Assembly (NCBI RefSeq): GCF_001652585.1
Contig: NZ_LWLG01000001.1
Span: 240,001-272,000 of the forward strand
Direction: 5' to 3'
Length of the DNA stretch: 32,000 nucleotides
Origin: Thermosulfurimonas dismutans
GTDB taxonomy: Bacteria > Desulfobacterota > Thermodesulfobacteria > Thermodesulfobacteriales > Thermodesulfobacteriaceae
Position numbers and translations under genes: made by a program. A model generated the notes under the pieces. It was not told the DNA's origin. It saw only the letters and a program-made list of their open reading frames with translations, and did not search any database. This document shows, piece after piece, positions 18,601 to 25,944 of the stretch (the first letter of the stretch is position 1; every line of letters starts with the position of its first letter).

Positions 18601-19801
18601 CGTCCCCACCGATGGACGCATCCTTTATATCCCCTACATGGCGGATCACGCCCGGGTTCTCGCAGCGGCCTTTCGGGCCTGCGGAGTGAAAGCCGAGGTC
18701 CTCCCTGAGCCAGACGAAGAGGCCTTGCGTCTTGGTCGGCGATACACCTCCGGCAAGGAGTGCTATCCCACGGTGCTTACCACCGGAGACATGATCAAGC
18801 TTATCAATCAGCCAGACTTCGACCCCAAACGGGCGGCCTTCTTCATGCCCTCTGGGGCTGGTCCTTGCCGCTTCGGACAATACAACCGTCTCCACCGCAA
18901 GATCCTTGACGAACTTGGCTACCCCGAAGTACCCATCTATTCCCCCCAGCAGGATGTAAAGCTTTACGAAGACCTTGGTATAGTGGGAGGCGATTTTACC
19001 CGCCTCACCTGGAAGGGCCTGATTTGTATGGATCTCTTGGACAAGCTCCTCCGGGAGACAAGGCCCTATGAGGTCAATCCTGGGGAGACGGAAAGGATCT
19101 ACTGGGAGTCTGTGGCCCGGTTGGAAGAAGCTGTAGAGAGACGGGAAGACCTAACAGAAGTCATGCAAGAGATTCGTGAAAAATTCGCCCGTATCCCTAC
19201 AAACGGCAAAGGTCAGAAACCGGTAGTGGGAATCGTAGGTGAAATCTATGTGCGTTCTAATCGGTTTGCCAACGAAAACATCGTGAAGGTTCTTGAGGGT
19301 TTAGGGGCCGAAGTTTGGGTACCCACCATCGCAGAGTGGTTCTACTACATCAATTATACCTCCAAGCGCTGGGCCAAGAGACACCGGCTTTTTAAGCAAC
19401 TCCTGAAATTGGTGATTGAACATCGCGTACAGCTTGAAGATGAGCACCGCTTTGCAGAGTTAGTAAAAGATCTCCTGCGAACCGCCGAGGAACCCACGGT
19501 AGAGGAACTTATTGCGCTAGCCCGCAAGTATATGAGTGATGAGTTTGAAGGGGAGGCCATCCTTTCGGTAGGCAAATCCCTAGATTATCTTCGCCACGGC
19601 GTAAACGGTATCGTGAACGTGATCCCTTTCACTTGCATGCCGGGTACGGTAGTTTCCATGCTGCTGAAACGGGTCCGGGAAGACGAAGGTTATGTGCCCG
19701 TGTTGACCATACCCTGCGACGGCCAGCGCTCTATGGGTACCCGTATGCGCATCGAGGCCTTCATGTATCAAGTACGGGAGCATTTCGAGGAGCACTCTTG
19801 A
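15650..19801 (+). CDS. fusion protein: two BadF/BadG/BcrA/BcrD (HgdC-type) activase ATPase domains + 2-hydroxyacyl-CoA-dehydratase-like (DUF2229/HgdB-like) region
   Basis: Two ASKHA ATPase copies are present: YVGLDVGSGTAKVAVLD...IIDIGGEDSK...CAAGTGAFLEQQA...GRCTVFAKSD, and YLGIDVGSVSTKLVALD...IFEIGGQDSK...CAAGTGSFLEEQA...ERCTVFMQSD. A Cys cluster CRACPNRC...C follows (17429-17509). Downstream come IGIPRTLFFWERLPFFAVLLQELGF...AETCFPVKLAHGH and a second dehydratase-like half (ILYIPYMADH...GKECYPT...GAGPCRFGQY). Confidence 0.85.
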   Translation: MAELYVGLDVGSGTAKVAVLDKNRHLIHKVYKKTHGQPVETAERLLSEVEKLFGQDLSGITCTGTAGKFISQILGVAFVNEVMAHARAVEHFHPEARTIIDIGGEDSKLVFIKHEDGKFRIADFALNTLCAAGTGAFLEQQAARLGYSIEEFSRLALKAQNIPRIAGRCTVFAKSDMIHLQQAAVPDYEIIAGLCFAIIRNLKSNLAKGRKVEPPVVFQGGVAANLGVRRAIKEVFGLKDHELIIPEHHGIMGAIGAALYGLDGRATSDYRGSEILRAYLKERRPAPKRFPPLAPFSSVYIKPRKVQTSAKKIYLGIDVGSVSTKLVALDEEGNVVAKVYNLHHGKPLESVKEGLAQLRQKLPQEVEVLGVGTTGSGRYLVGDFVGADVIRNEITAQAMGALLLDPEVDTIFEIGGQDSKYIRLEVGTIVDFTMNKACAAGTGSFLEEQAVRLGVPIEKFGEMALKSSAPLEMGERCTVFMQSDLLHYQQQGLPKEDLIAGLCYAIVYNYLNKVVEDRKIGKKIFFQGATAFNKGMVAAFEKVLGRPIVVPPHHEVTGAMGVALLAKKERRWEKSRFKGFDLTRVRYSISTFECRACPNRCEIHKVSVEGNPPYYYGGRCERYEVEHRKPPADLPNLVLERERKILSYVQEEGEFPRGEIGIPRTLFFWERLPFFAVLLQELGFRVILSSPTSKEIIKEGCEIVAAETCFPVKLAHGHVLDLLRRGVKRIFIPQISDLPSDHPELKSGKICPYVQGFPWAVHSSINFKEHGSEIISPVFHFGTGGSLLRDEFKVLAKELGVSWKEMKKALEKAFTAQEEFYAWLKARGREVLEGLKPHEVALVIVGRPYNAFDPGANLAIHNKIRSLGVLGIPVDMLPLSEVRELDGLEGMYWRYGQRILLAAHVCREHPQLFPVFITNFSCGPDSFIEHFFEELLAGKPYLQIEIDEHSADAGVVTRIEAFLDSIRGKTRSYPKPKKPRRPRIVPTDGRILYIPYMADHARVLAAAFRACGVKAEVLPEPDEEALRLGRRYTSGKECYPTVLTTGDMIKLINQPDFDPKRAAFFMPSGAGPCRFGQYNRLHRKILDELGYPEVPIYSPQQDVKLYEDLGIVGGDFTRLTWKGLICMDLLDKLLRETRPYEVNPGETERIYWESVARLEEAVERREDLTEVMQEIREKFARIPTNGKGQKPVVGIVGEIYVRSNRFANENIVKVLEGLGAEVWVPTIAEWFYYINYTSKRWAKRHRLFKQLLKLVIEHRVQLEDEHRFAELVKDLLRTAEEPTVEELIALARKYMSDEFEGEAILSVGKSLDYLRHGVNGIVNVIPFTCMPGTVVSMLLKRVREDEGYVPVLTIPCDGQRSMGTRMRIEAFMYQVREHFEEHS

Positions 19802-19916
19802 TAAGGTTTGATAGTAAAATGGCCTGCATTTTTTCAATAAAATTTTTCAAACCCTCCTAAGAGGTATTTATGGCTATTGACTTGAAGTTAAATTCCTGAT
19901 AAAAGCTCTTCCTAAG

Positions 19917-20159
19917 TTGGCTCTTAAAGACTGGCAAGAAATTTTTGGAGCTTTAGGAAGGGCTTTGGACGTAGGTCTTATGGTTGGAGGGGCTGTAGGA
20001 GCGGGTGTGGCCTGTGGTTGGCTTATTGATAACAAAATTTTTCACGGAAAAACCCAACCGTGGTTTACTCTTTTAGGTATAGTGCTCGGTAGCATAGCTG
20101 GTTTAAAAAACTTTATTTATTATGCTAAAAAGCTAACTAATAAAAACAAAAAGAGTTAG
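19917..20159 (+). CDS. AtpZ/AtpI-family small membrane protein (putative Fo-associated)
   Basis: This 80-aa protein has two predicted TM helices. The pattern GAGVACGWLIDNK...TQPWFTLLGIVLGSIAGL resembles the small 'ATPase gene 1' proteins found upstream of atpI/atpB. The start is a TTG without an obvious Shine-Dalgarno, so the start coordinate is uncertain. Confidence 0.5.
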   Translation: MALKDWQEIFGALGRALDVGLMVGGAVGAGVACGWLIDNKIFHGKTQPWFTLLGIVLGSIAGLKNFIYYAKKLTNKNKKS

Positions 20160-20162
20160 TGA

Positions 20163-20639
20163 ATGGCTTTTTTTTCTACATCTAAAAAGGATGAAATTAA
20201 AGAACCTTTATTAATGCAATTTGAATTACGAGTTTTTTTGTTTTCATCTTGCTTACTCATTTCCATGCTAATACTTTTTAGGGATCTTCAAGTATTTAAT
20301 AGTTGTGCTATAGGAGTTTTGCTCTCTATAGCTAATTTTAAGTACCTAAAAAAGCAAGGTTCTAAAGTTAAAGCAAAAGCTTTAGCAGGCCTGAATCCTT
20401 CTAAAATAGCATTGGGGGTAGTATTAAATTTTTATTTTCGCCTTTTAGGTATTGGTTTGCTCTTTGCTTTTCTTTTTAAATATAAGATTGCTGATCCTGT
20501 TTTTCTAATTTTAGGCTTGTCAGTAATTCCTGTGCAATCATTTATAATTTTAATTGAGCGCAAGCTCATTGGGAAGCTTTCTCCATTCTTAGAAAGGAGG
20601 GTTAAGTTATGGAAGAGCCGATTCTTTTCTTATGCTTAA
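20163..20639 (+). CDS. atpI: ATP synthase protein I-like membrane protein
   Basis: This 158-aa hydrophobic protein lies immediately upstream of atpB. The GVLLSIANFKYL segment and a four-helix hydropathy layout are consistent with AtpI. Similarity is weak, and the call rests partly on position. Confidence 0.5.
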   Translation: MAFFSTSKKDEIKEPLLMQFELRVFLFSSCLLISMLILFRDLQVFNSCAIGVLLSIANFKYLKKQGSKVKAKALAGLNPSKIALGVVLNFYFRLLGIGLLFAFLFKYKIADPVFLILGLSVIPVQSFIILIERKLIGKLSPFLERRVKLWKSRFFSYA

Positions 20640-21373
20640 TATTGCAAAAACTGGGGTTGCCTTCGGGTGAGAGATTTTATCAACATGTTTACCAGGAAGG
20701 TGGTCAACCCAGTTTGTTAGCGAAACTTGTAGCTCCTCACATGGTATATGGCTATTTAGCCATCGTAATTATTTTAGTTCTAGCCATAATTGGCACTCGA
20801 AAACTAGAATTTATCCCAAAGGGTCTTCAAAATTTTTGGGAAACCTTTTTAGAAGCGCTTTATAACTTCACCCGCGAAAATGTCCCTACTGGTGACCATG
20901 GTTCACCAAATCTTGTACCTCTAGTTTATCCATTAATTGTGATGTTTACCTTATTTATAGGAATATCTAATTTCATGGGATTGGTTCCTGGGTTTATTTG
21001 TCCGACCGCTAATTTAAATGTTACTTTGGGGCTTACTCTTATAACAATTGTCTATTATCACTTTTTAGGATTGAGATTTCAAGGATTAAGGTATTTTAAA
21101 ACTTTCTTGGGTCCTATTCCTTGGCTTGTTCCTTTAATGCTTCCCATAGAAATTTTCGGCCATATCGGTAGAATCATTTCTTTGTCTGTCCGACTTTTTG
21201 CAAATATGATGTCTAAAGAACTTCTTTTGGGCATTCTGATTACTTTGGCAGGACCTTTCTTTGCTCCTTTACCTATTCTATTGCTGGGTGTTCTAGTAGC
21301 CGTTATTCAAGTATTTATCTTTATCATTCTTTCTCTGGCTTACTTTGCAGGTGCGGTAGAAGAAGCACATTAA
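20609..21373 (+). CDS. atpB: F-type ATP synthase Fo subunit a
   Basis: A strong AAGGAGGG Shine-Dalgarno (20594-20601) lies 7 nt before the ATG. The conserved stator helix PLMLPIEIFGHIGRIISLSVRLFANMMSKELLL contains the essential Arg of the RLF(G/A)NM motif. Confidence 0.85.
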   Translation: MEEPILFLCLILQKLGLPSGERFYQHVYQEGGQPSLLAKLVAPHMVYGYLAIVIILVLAIIGTRKLEFIPKGLQNFWETFLEALYNFTRENVPTGDHGSPNLVPLVYPLIVMFTLFIGISNFMGLVPGFICPTANLNVTLGLTLITIVYYHFLGLRFQGLRYFKTFLGPIPWLVPLMLPIEIFGHIGRIISLSVRLFANMMSKELLLGILITLAGPFFAPLPILLLGVLVAVIQVFIFIILSLAYFAGAVEEAH

Positions 21374-21422
21374 AGAGAGAGGTAAAAAGGAGGCACAAAA
21401 TAATAAAAAATATCACAAATAA

Positions 21423-21794
<372 letters not shown>

Positions 21795-21818
21795 ATCTCT
21801 ACTTCTATTTAGATCAAA

Positions 21819-21860
21819 GAAAGGGCCGTGGAAGAGACACTTCCACGGCCCTTTCTTTTG
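21819..21860 (+). terminator. rho-independent terminator after atpE
   Basis: A perfect 16-bp stem pairs GAAAGGGCCGTGGAAG (21819-21834) with CTTCCACGGCCCTTTC (21840-21855) around the 5-nt loop AGACA. The stem is followed by TTTTGG. Confidence 0.85.
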
Positions 21861-21876
21861 GTTCTAACCAAGAGTT

Positions 21877-23391
21877 ATGCCTGCCCGGGTTTATACTGCG
21901 GCAGTAGTAGGGGTAGAGGCCTTCCCGATAGAAGTAGAAGTGGATCTCTCCTTTGGGCTCCCAGGAACTACTATTGTGGGACTTCCAGACAGTGCCGTTA
22001 AAGAGAGTCGAGAGCGCATCAAAGCGGCCATCAAAAACTCCGGCTACGATTACCCCACCCAAAAGGTTACGGTGAACCTAGCCCCGGCGGATGTCAAAAA
22101 AGAAGGGGCCGGATTCGATCTGCCCATCGCCCTGGGAATTCTTGCTGAAACTAAAATCCTTCCTCAAGAAGTTTTTAAAAACTCCATCTTTCTCGGGGAA
22201 CTAGCCTTAGATGGACGGCTTAAGGCAACGCGAGGAGTGTTGCCGGTGGCCTTAAAGGCCCGGGAACTTGGTTTCGAAAAGTTGATAGTTCCGAAAGAAA
22301 ACGGTCGAGAAGCTGCTCTAGCGCCAGATTTGAAGATCGTAGCCCTGGAACACTTGTATCAAGTAGTGGAATACCTTTTAGGCCGTATCGATCTGGAGCC
22401 CCTGCCGGAATTAAAACCCGAACCGCCCCACTATGAGGAAGATCTTGCGGATATCATCGGCCAGGAACAGGCCCGGAGGGCCCTAGAAGTAGCCGCAGCC
22501 GGGGGACACAATCTCCTCATGATCGGCCCTCCTGGAGCCGGAAAGACCATGCTTGCCCGACGTCTGCCCTCCATTCTACCTGAGATGAGCCCTGAAGAGG
22601 CCCTTGAAACCACTAAGATCTACAGTGTAGCCGGACTTTTGCCACCGGACAGGCCTCTTGTTACCGCCCGCCCTTTTCGAAATCCTCATCACACGATTTC
22701 AGATGTTGGACTTATAGGTGGAGGAGCTCATCCCAGACCGGGAGAGATCAGTCTGGCCCACAATGGAGTACTTCTCCTGGACGAACTCCCAGAGTTCAAC
22801 CGCAAGGCCCTGGAGGCCTTGCGGGAACCCCTGGAAGAAGGCCAGGTGACCATCACCCGGGCGGCCACCAGCGTAACCTATCCCGCGCGCTTCATTTTAG
22901 TGGTGGCCCTCAACCCCTGCCGATGCGGTTACTACGGAGACCCTCGTCGTCCCTGTCAGTGCAGTCCTCAAGAGGTAAAACGTTACCGTTCCAAACTCTC
23001 CGGTCCTCTTCTTGATCGAATTGACATTCATTTAGAAGTACCCGCGGTAGATTATCGGGAGCTCTCGGAGGAAAGACGTGGAGAGGATTCGAAGACGGTT
23101 AGAAAGCGCATAAAGCGTGCCCGGAAGATTCAGAGCACGCGCTACGGACGACCGGACAAACTCAACGCCCACCTTTCGAGCCGGGAGATCAAGAAATGGT
23201 GCCGGGTGGATGAAACCGGAAGGAAACTCCTCGAGACCGCCTGCGAGCGTCTGGGGCTTTCGGCTAGGGCCTATCATCGTATTCTCAAGGTAGCCCGAAC
23301 CATCGCCGATCTGGAAGGCACGGAAGCCATCTCTCCGGCTCATATTTCCGAGGCCATCCAGTACCGTAGCCTTGACCGTCCTCTGTTTTGA
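21877..23391 (+). CDS. comM: YifB/ComM-family Mg-chelatase-like AAA+ ATPase
   Basis: The N-terminal Lon-protease-like domain is present (VYTAAVVGVEAFPIEVEVDLSFGLPGTTIVGLPDSAVKESRERIKAAI). The Walker A is GPPGAGKTM and the Walker B is VLLLDELPEF. The C-terminal region SARAYHRILKVARTIADLEG is typical of ComM/YifB. Confidence 0.9.
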   Translation: MPARVYTAAVVGVEAFPIEVEVDLSFGLPGTTIVGLPDSAVKESRERIKAAIKNSGYDYPTQKVTVNLAPADVKKEGAGFDLPIALGILAETKILPQEVFKNSIFLGELALDGRLKATRGVLPVALKARELGFEKLIVPKENGREAALAPDLKIVALEHLYQVVEYLLGRIDLEPLPELKPEPPHYEEDLADIIGQEQARRALEVAAAGGHNLLMIGPPGAGKTMLARRLPSILPEMSPEEALETTKIYSVAGLLPPDRPLVTARPFRNPHHTISDVGLIGGGAHPRPGEISLAHNGVLLLDELPEFNRKALEALREPLEEGQVTITRAATSVTYPARFILVVALNPCRCGYYGDPRRPCQCSPQEVKRYRSKLSGPLLDRIDIHLEVPAVDYRELSEERRGEDSKTVRKRIKRARKIQSTRYGRPDKLNAHLSSREIKKWCRVDETGRKLLETACERLGLSARAYHRILKVARTIADLEGTEAISPAHISEAIQYRSLDRPLF

Positions 23392-23406
23392 AGTCAAAAT
23401 GCAAGT

Positions 23407-23988
23407 ATGACCTTTACCGAAAAGGTAAAGACCAGAAGCGAACCTTTTCTACTGCCTTTAGTTCGGGCTCTGGCCCGGGTAAAAATCCCGCCCAACGCCG
23501 TCTCCATCGCCGGATTCATAGGAGTAGGATTGGCGGGACTAGCCATTGCCTTGGGGCATATCGGTTGGGGAGGGATTTTGCTTCTGGTGTTTGGGCCGCT
23601 TGATGCTGTGGACGGGTTGCTAGCCAGAAAAACTAACCAGGCCTCTACCTTTGGGGCCTTTCTGGATTCCACCTTGGATCGCTATGCCGAAATTGCCCTC
23701 TTCTTGGGGCTCACCTACTACTTTCTGAAAGAGGGCTCTACAATCGGTGTACTCCTTTCATTCCTTACCCTCACGGGATCGCTCATGGTTAGTTACGCCC
23801 GGGCCCGGGCCGAGGGTCTTAAGATGGAATGCAAGGTGGGCCTCTTCACCCGCTTTGAACGCCTGCTGGCCCTTACCTTAGGGCTGGTTACGGGCTTCGT
23901 TTTGCCGGTGCTCGTGATCTTGGCCCTGCTTACTCATTACACCGCCCTTCAACGCATACTTCATGTCTATCGCCAGAGCCGGAAGTAA
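23407..23988 (+). CDS. CDP-alcohol phosphatidyltransferase family protein
   Basis: The full family motif D-x2-DG-x2-AR-x8-G-x3-D-x3-D can be read as DAVDGLLARKTNQASTFGAFLDSTLD. The protein is a six-helix hydrophobic type of 193 aa. The SYARARAEG segment resembles the inositol-phosphate-transferring subgroup; that subgroup assignment is inference only. Confidence 0.8.
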   Translation: MTFTEKVKTRSEPFLLPLVRALARVKIPPNAVSIAGFIGVGLAGLAIALGHIGWGGILLLVFGPLDAVDGLLARKTNQASTFGAFLDSTLDRYAEIALFLGLTYYFLKEGSTIGVLLSFLTLTGSLMVSYARARAEGLKMECKVGLFTRFERLLALTLGLVTGFVLPVLVILALLTHYTALQRILHVYRQSRK

Positions 23989-24865
23989 AGGCCGCCTCTA
24001 TGTGGTGGCCACCCCTATAGGAAATCTCAAGGACATCACTCTTAGGGCCCTTGAGATCCTTCGTGAGGCCGATCTCATCCTATGTGAGGACACCCGCACC
24101 ACCCGCAAGCTCCTCACTCATTACGGGATATCTGGGAAAAGACTTCTGAGTCTCTACAAGGACAACGAACCCAAACGGTTGCCCCGTGTCCTTGAGGCCT
24201 TGAATAAAGGTCTACAGGTGGCCTTGGTTTCCGAGGCAGGAACGCCGGGAATCTCCGACCCCGGGGCTTTAGTAGTGGCGGAGGCCCGCAAAGCCGGCTT
24301 TCCGGTGGTTCCTATACCCGGGCCTTCAGCCCTCACCGCCGCCCTGAGCCTCTCAGGAATTGACCTTTCAAAGGGTTTTCTCTTCCTGGGTTTCCTTCCC
24401 CGCCGGAAAAAAGAGAGGCAGAAACTCCTCTCCGAAATCAGAAACCTGAACCGACCCCTGATGTTTTTCGAGGCCCCTCATCGTTTAAAAGCCGCCCTTT
24501 CTGATATCCTGGAGAGCTTCGGCGATCAAGAAATCCTCCTCTTTCGGGAACTCACTAAGATTCACGAGGAGGTCTCAAGCTTGAGGGTCTCCGAGGCCCT
24601 TGAACTTTTCCGGGAAAGAGAACCTCAGGGAGAATTCGTGATCCTGATAAAGGCCCCTGAAAAAGAAAACTTAGCTCTGGATCAAAGCAAAATTCGGTCC
24701 CTTCTTGAGAAAAAGCTTAACCAGGGTATGTCCCTAAAGGAAGCGGTTAAGGCCGTGTCTGAGGAATGGTCTCTTTCCAAAAAAGAGGTTTATGCCTTGG
24801 CTGTGAGATCCGGTCTTTCCGCGAGGAACTTATCTATCTCCTCAAAGAAGGCCGAAAGCAGTTGA
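23963..24865 (+). CDS. rsmI: 16S rRNA (cytidine1402-2'-O)-methyltransferase RsmI
   Basis: GRLYVVATPIGNLKDITLRALEILREADLILCEDTRTTRKLLTHYGI and GTPGISDPG are diagnostic of RsmI (tetrapyrrole-methylase fold). The gene overlaps the upstream gene by 26 nt. The last ~17 codons are probably a non-conserved tail running antisense into ispG. Confidence 0.9.
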   Translation: MSIARAGSKGRLYVVATPIGNLKDITLRALEILREADLILCEDTRTTRKLLTHYGISGKRLLSLYKDNEPKRLPRVLEALNKGLQVALVSEAGTPGISDPGALVVAEARKAGFPVVPIPGPSALTAALSLSGIDLSKGFLFLGFLPRRKKERQKLLSEIRNLNRPLMFFEAPHRLKAALSDILESFGDQEILLFRELTKIHEEVSSLRVSEALELFREREPQGEFVILIKAPEKENLALDQSKIRSLLEKKLNQGMSLKEAVKAVSEEWSLSKKEVYALAVRSGLSARNLSISSKKAESS

Positions 24866-25884
24866 TCTTCCGGCACCTTCCGGACGATTTTCCCTTTGCG
24901 GAAGATAAGGCCGACGCCTTTGCCTCCGGCAAGACCCACATCGGCCTCCCGGGCCTCCCCAGGGCCATTTACCACACAGCCCATAACCGCGATCTTAATG
25001 GGGGCCGTTATCTTCTTTGCTCGACGCTCTACCTCCTCGTACAATTCCATGAGGTTGATCTCGCAGCGCCCGCAGGTGGGACAGGCCACGATCTCCGGCC
25101 CCCGGCGTCTCACACCCACGGCCTTGAGGATTTCCCAGGCCACCCGGACCTCCTCCCGAGGGTGGGCGGTAAGGGAGACCCGAAGGGTATCGCCGATGCC
25201 TTCCGAAAGGAGGATTCCCAGGGCAAGCGCGCTTTTCACCGTCCCCGGAATGAGCCCTCCAGCCTCCGTCACCCCTAGGTGCAAGGGGAAGTCCGATCTT
25301 TCAGAAAACTCGCGATAGGCCGAGACCGTGTGCCAGAGGTCCGAGGACTTAAGCGAGACCTTGACGTTTTCAAAACCGAGGTCACCCACGATATAATCTA
25401 GCCACCGCAGGGCGCTTTCTACCAGGGCCTCCGGCCTCGGCCAGCCATATTTTTTTAACAGGTCCTTTTCAAGAGAACCGGCGTTGACCCCGATCCGCAC
25501 GCAGGCCTCTCGCCTCCGGGCCTCCTCTATGATCTTCTTAACATTCTCCCGCCCTTTGATGTTTCCGGGGTTGATCCTCACCCCGTGGGCCCCGGCCTTG
25601 AGAGCCGTCACCGCCAGCCGCCAGTCGAAATGAATATCCGCGATGAGGGGAACCTGGATCTGAGGAATAATTTCTTTCAGGGCCTCAGCCGCCTTCTCGT
25701 CAGGTACCGCCACCCGAATGACTTCACAGCCCTCTTCCTCTAGCTCCCGAATTTGGGCCACGGTGGCCGGGACATCTCGGGTATCCGTGTTGGTCATACT
25801 CTGGACCACCACCGGGTTAGGCCCTCCAATCCGGATCCAACCCAGTCTGACCTCCCTAGTCCTGCGCCGAGGGATAGTACTCAT
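24790..25884 (-). CDS. ispG: 4-hydroxy-3-methylbut-2-en-1-yl diphosphate synthase (IspG/GcpE)
   Basis: VVVQSMTNTDTRDV, IRVAVPD, VPLIADIHF, RINPGNIG-like (RINPGNIK), CPTCGRC and VMGCVVNGPGE (Fe-S ligands) are all classic IspG motifs. Confidence 0.92.
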   Translation of the reverse strand: MSTIPRRRTREVRLGWIRIGGPNPVVVQSMTNTDTRDVPATVAQIRELEEEGCEVIRVAVPDEKAAEALKEIIPQIQVPLIADIHFDWRLAVTALKAGAHGVRINPGNIKGRENVKKIIEEARRREACVRIGVNAGSLEKDLLKKYGWPRPEALVESALRWLDYIVGDLGFENVKVSLKSSDLWHTVSAYREFSERSDFPLHLGVTEAGGLIPGTVKSALALGILLSEGIGDTLRVSLTAHPREEVRVAWEILKAVGVRRRGPEIVACPTCGRCEINLMELYEEVERRAKKITAPIKIAVMGCVVNGPGEAREADVGLAGGKGVGLIFRKGKIVRKVPEDQLLSAFFEEIDKFLAERPDLTAKA

Positions 25885-25886
25885 CT

Positions 25887-25901
25887 ATAGACAACTCCTA
25901 T
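25887..25901. promoter_or_regulatory. candidate LysR-type (T-N11-A) box ATAG-N7-CTAT in the ispG / lysR divergent region
   Basis: Read directly: atag (25887-25890), acaactc, ctat (25898-25901). The box lies 3 nt from the ispG start codon and spans the ispG AGGAG Shine-Dalgarno on the minus strand. It is adjacent to the divergently oriented LysR gene. Confidence 0.3.
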
Positions 25902-25944
25902 GGTTTTTATTAGATTTTAGCCAAATTGTTCAAGGAGGCCAAGG

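Noticed and set aside
19816-19834. Possible terminator hairpin AAAATG-gcctg-CATTTT followed by Ts after the activase fusion gene
   Set aside because: The stem is only 6 bp and almost entirely A-T, far weaker than the clear terminator at 21819-21860. It is not convincing.
19870-19899. Nine-codon mini-ORF ATG GCT ATT GAC TTG AAG TTA AAT TCC TGA (MAIDLKLNS) preceded by AAGAGG
   Set aside because: It is too short to support from sequence alone, and there is no attenuator-like structure downstream. It overlaps the equally uncertain promoter hexamers.
19877-19905. Sigma70-like hexamers TTGACT-17 nt-TAAAAG upstream of the atp cluster
   Set aside because: The spacing is ideal, but the implied transcription start (~19912) is within 5 nt of the proposed TTG start (19917). 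That is incompatible with a Shine-Dalgarno-led or a normal leaderless (ATG) mRNA. Either the promoter or the gene start is wrong, so I do not report it as a feature.
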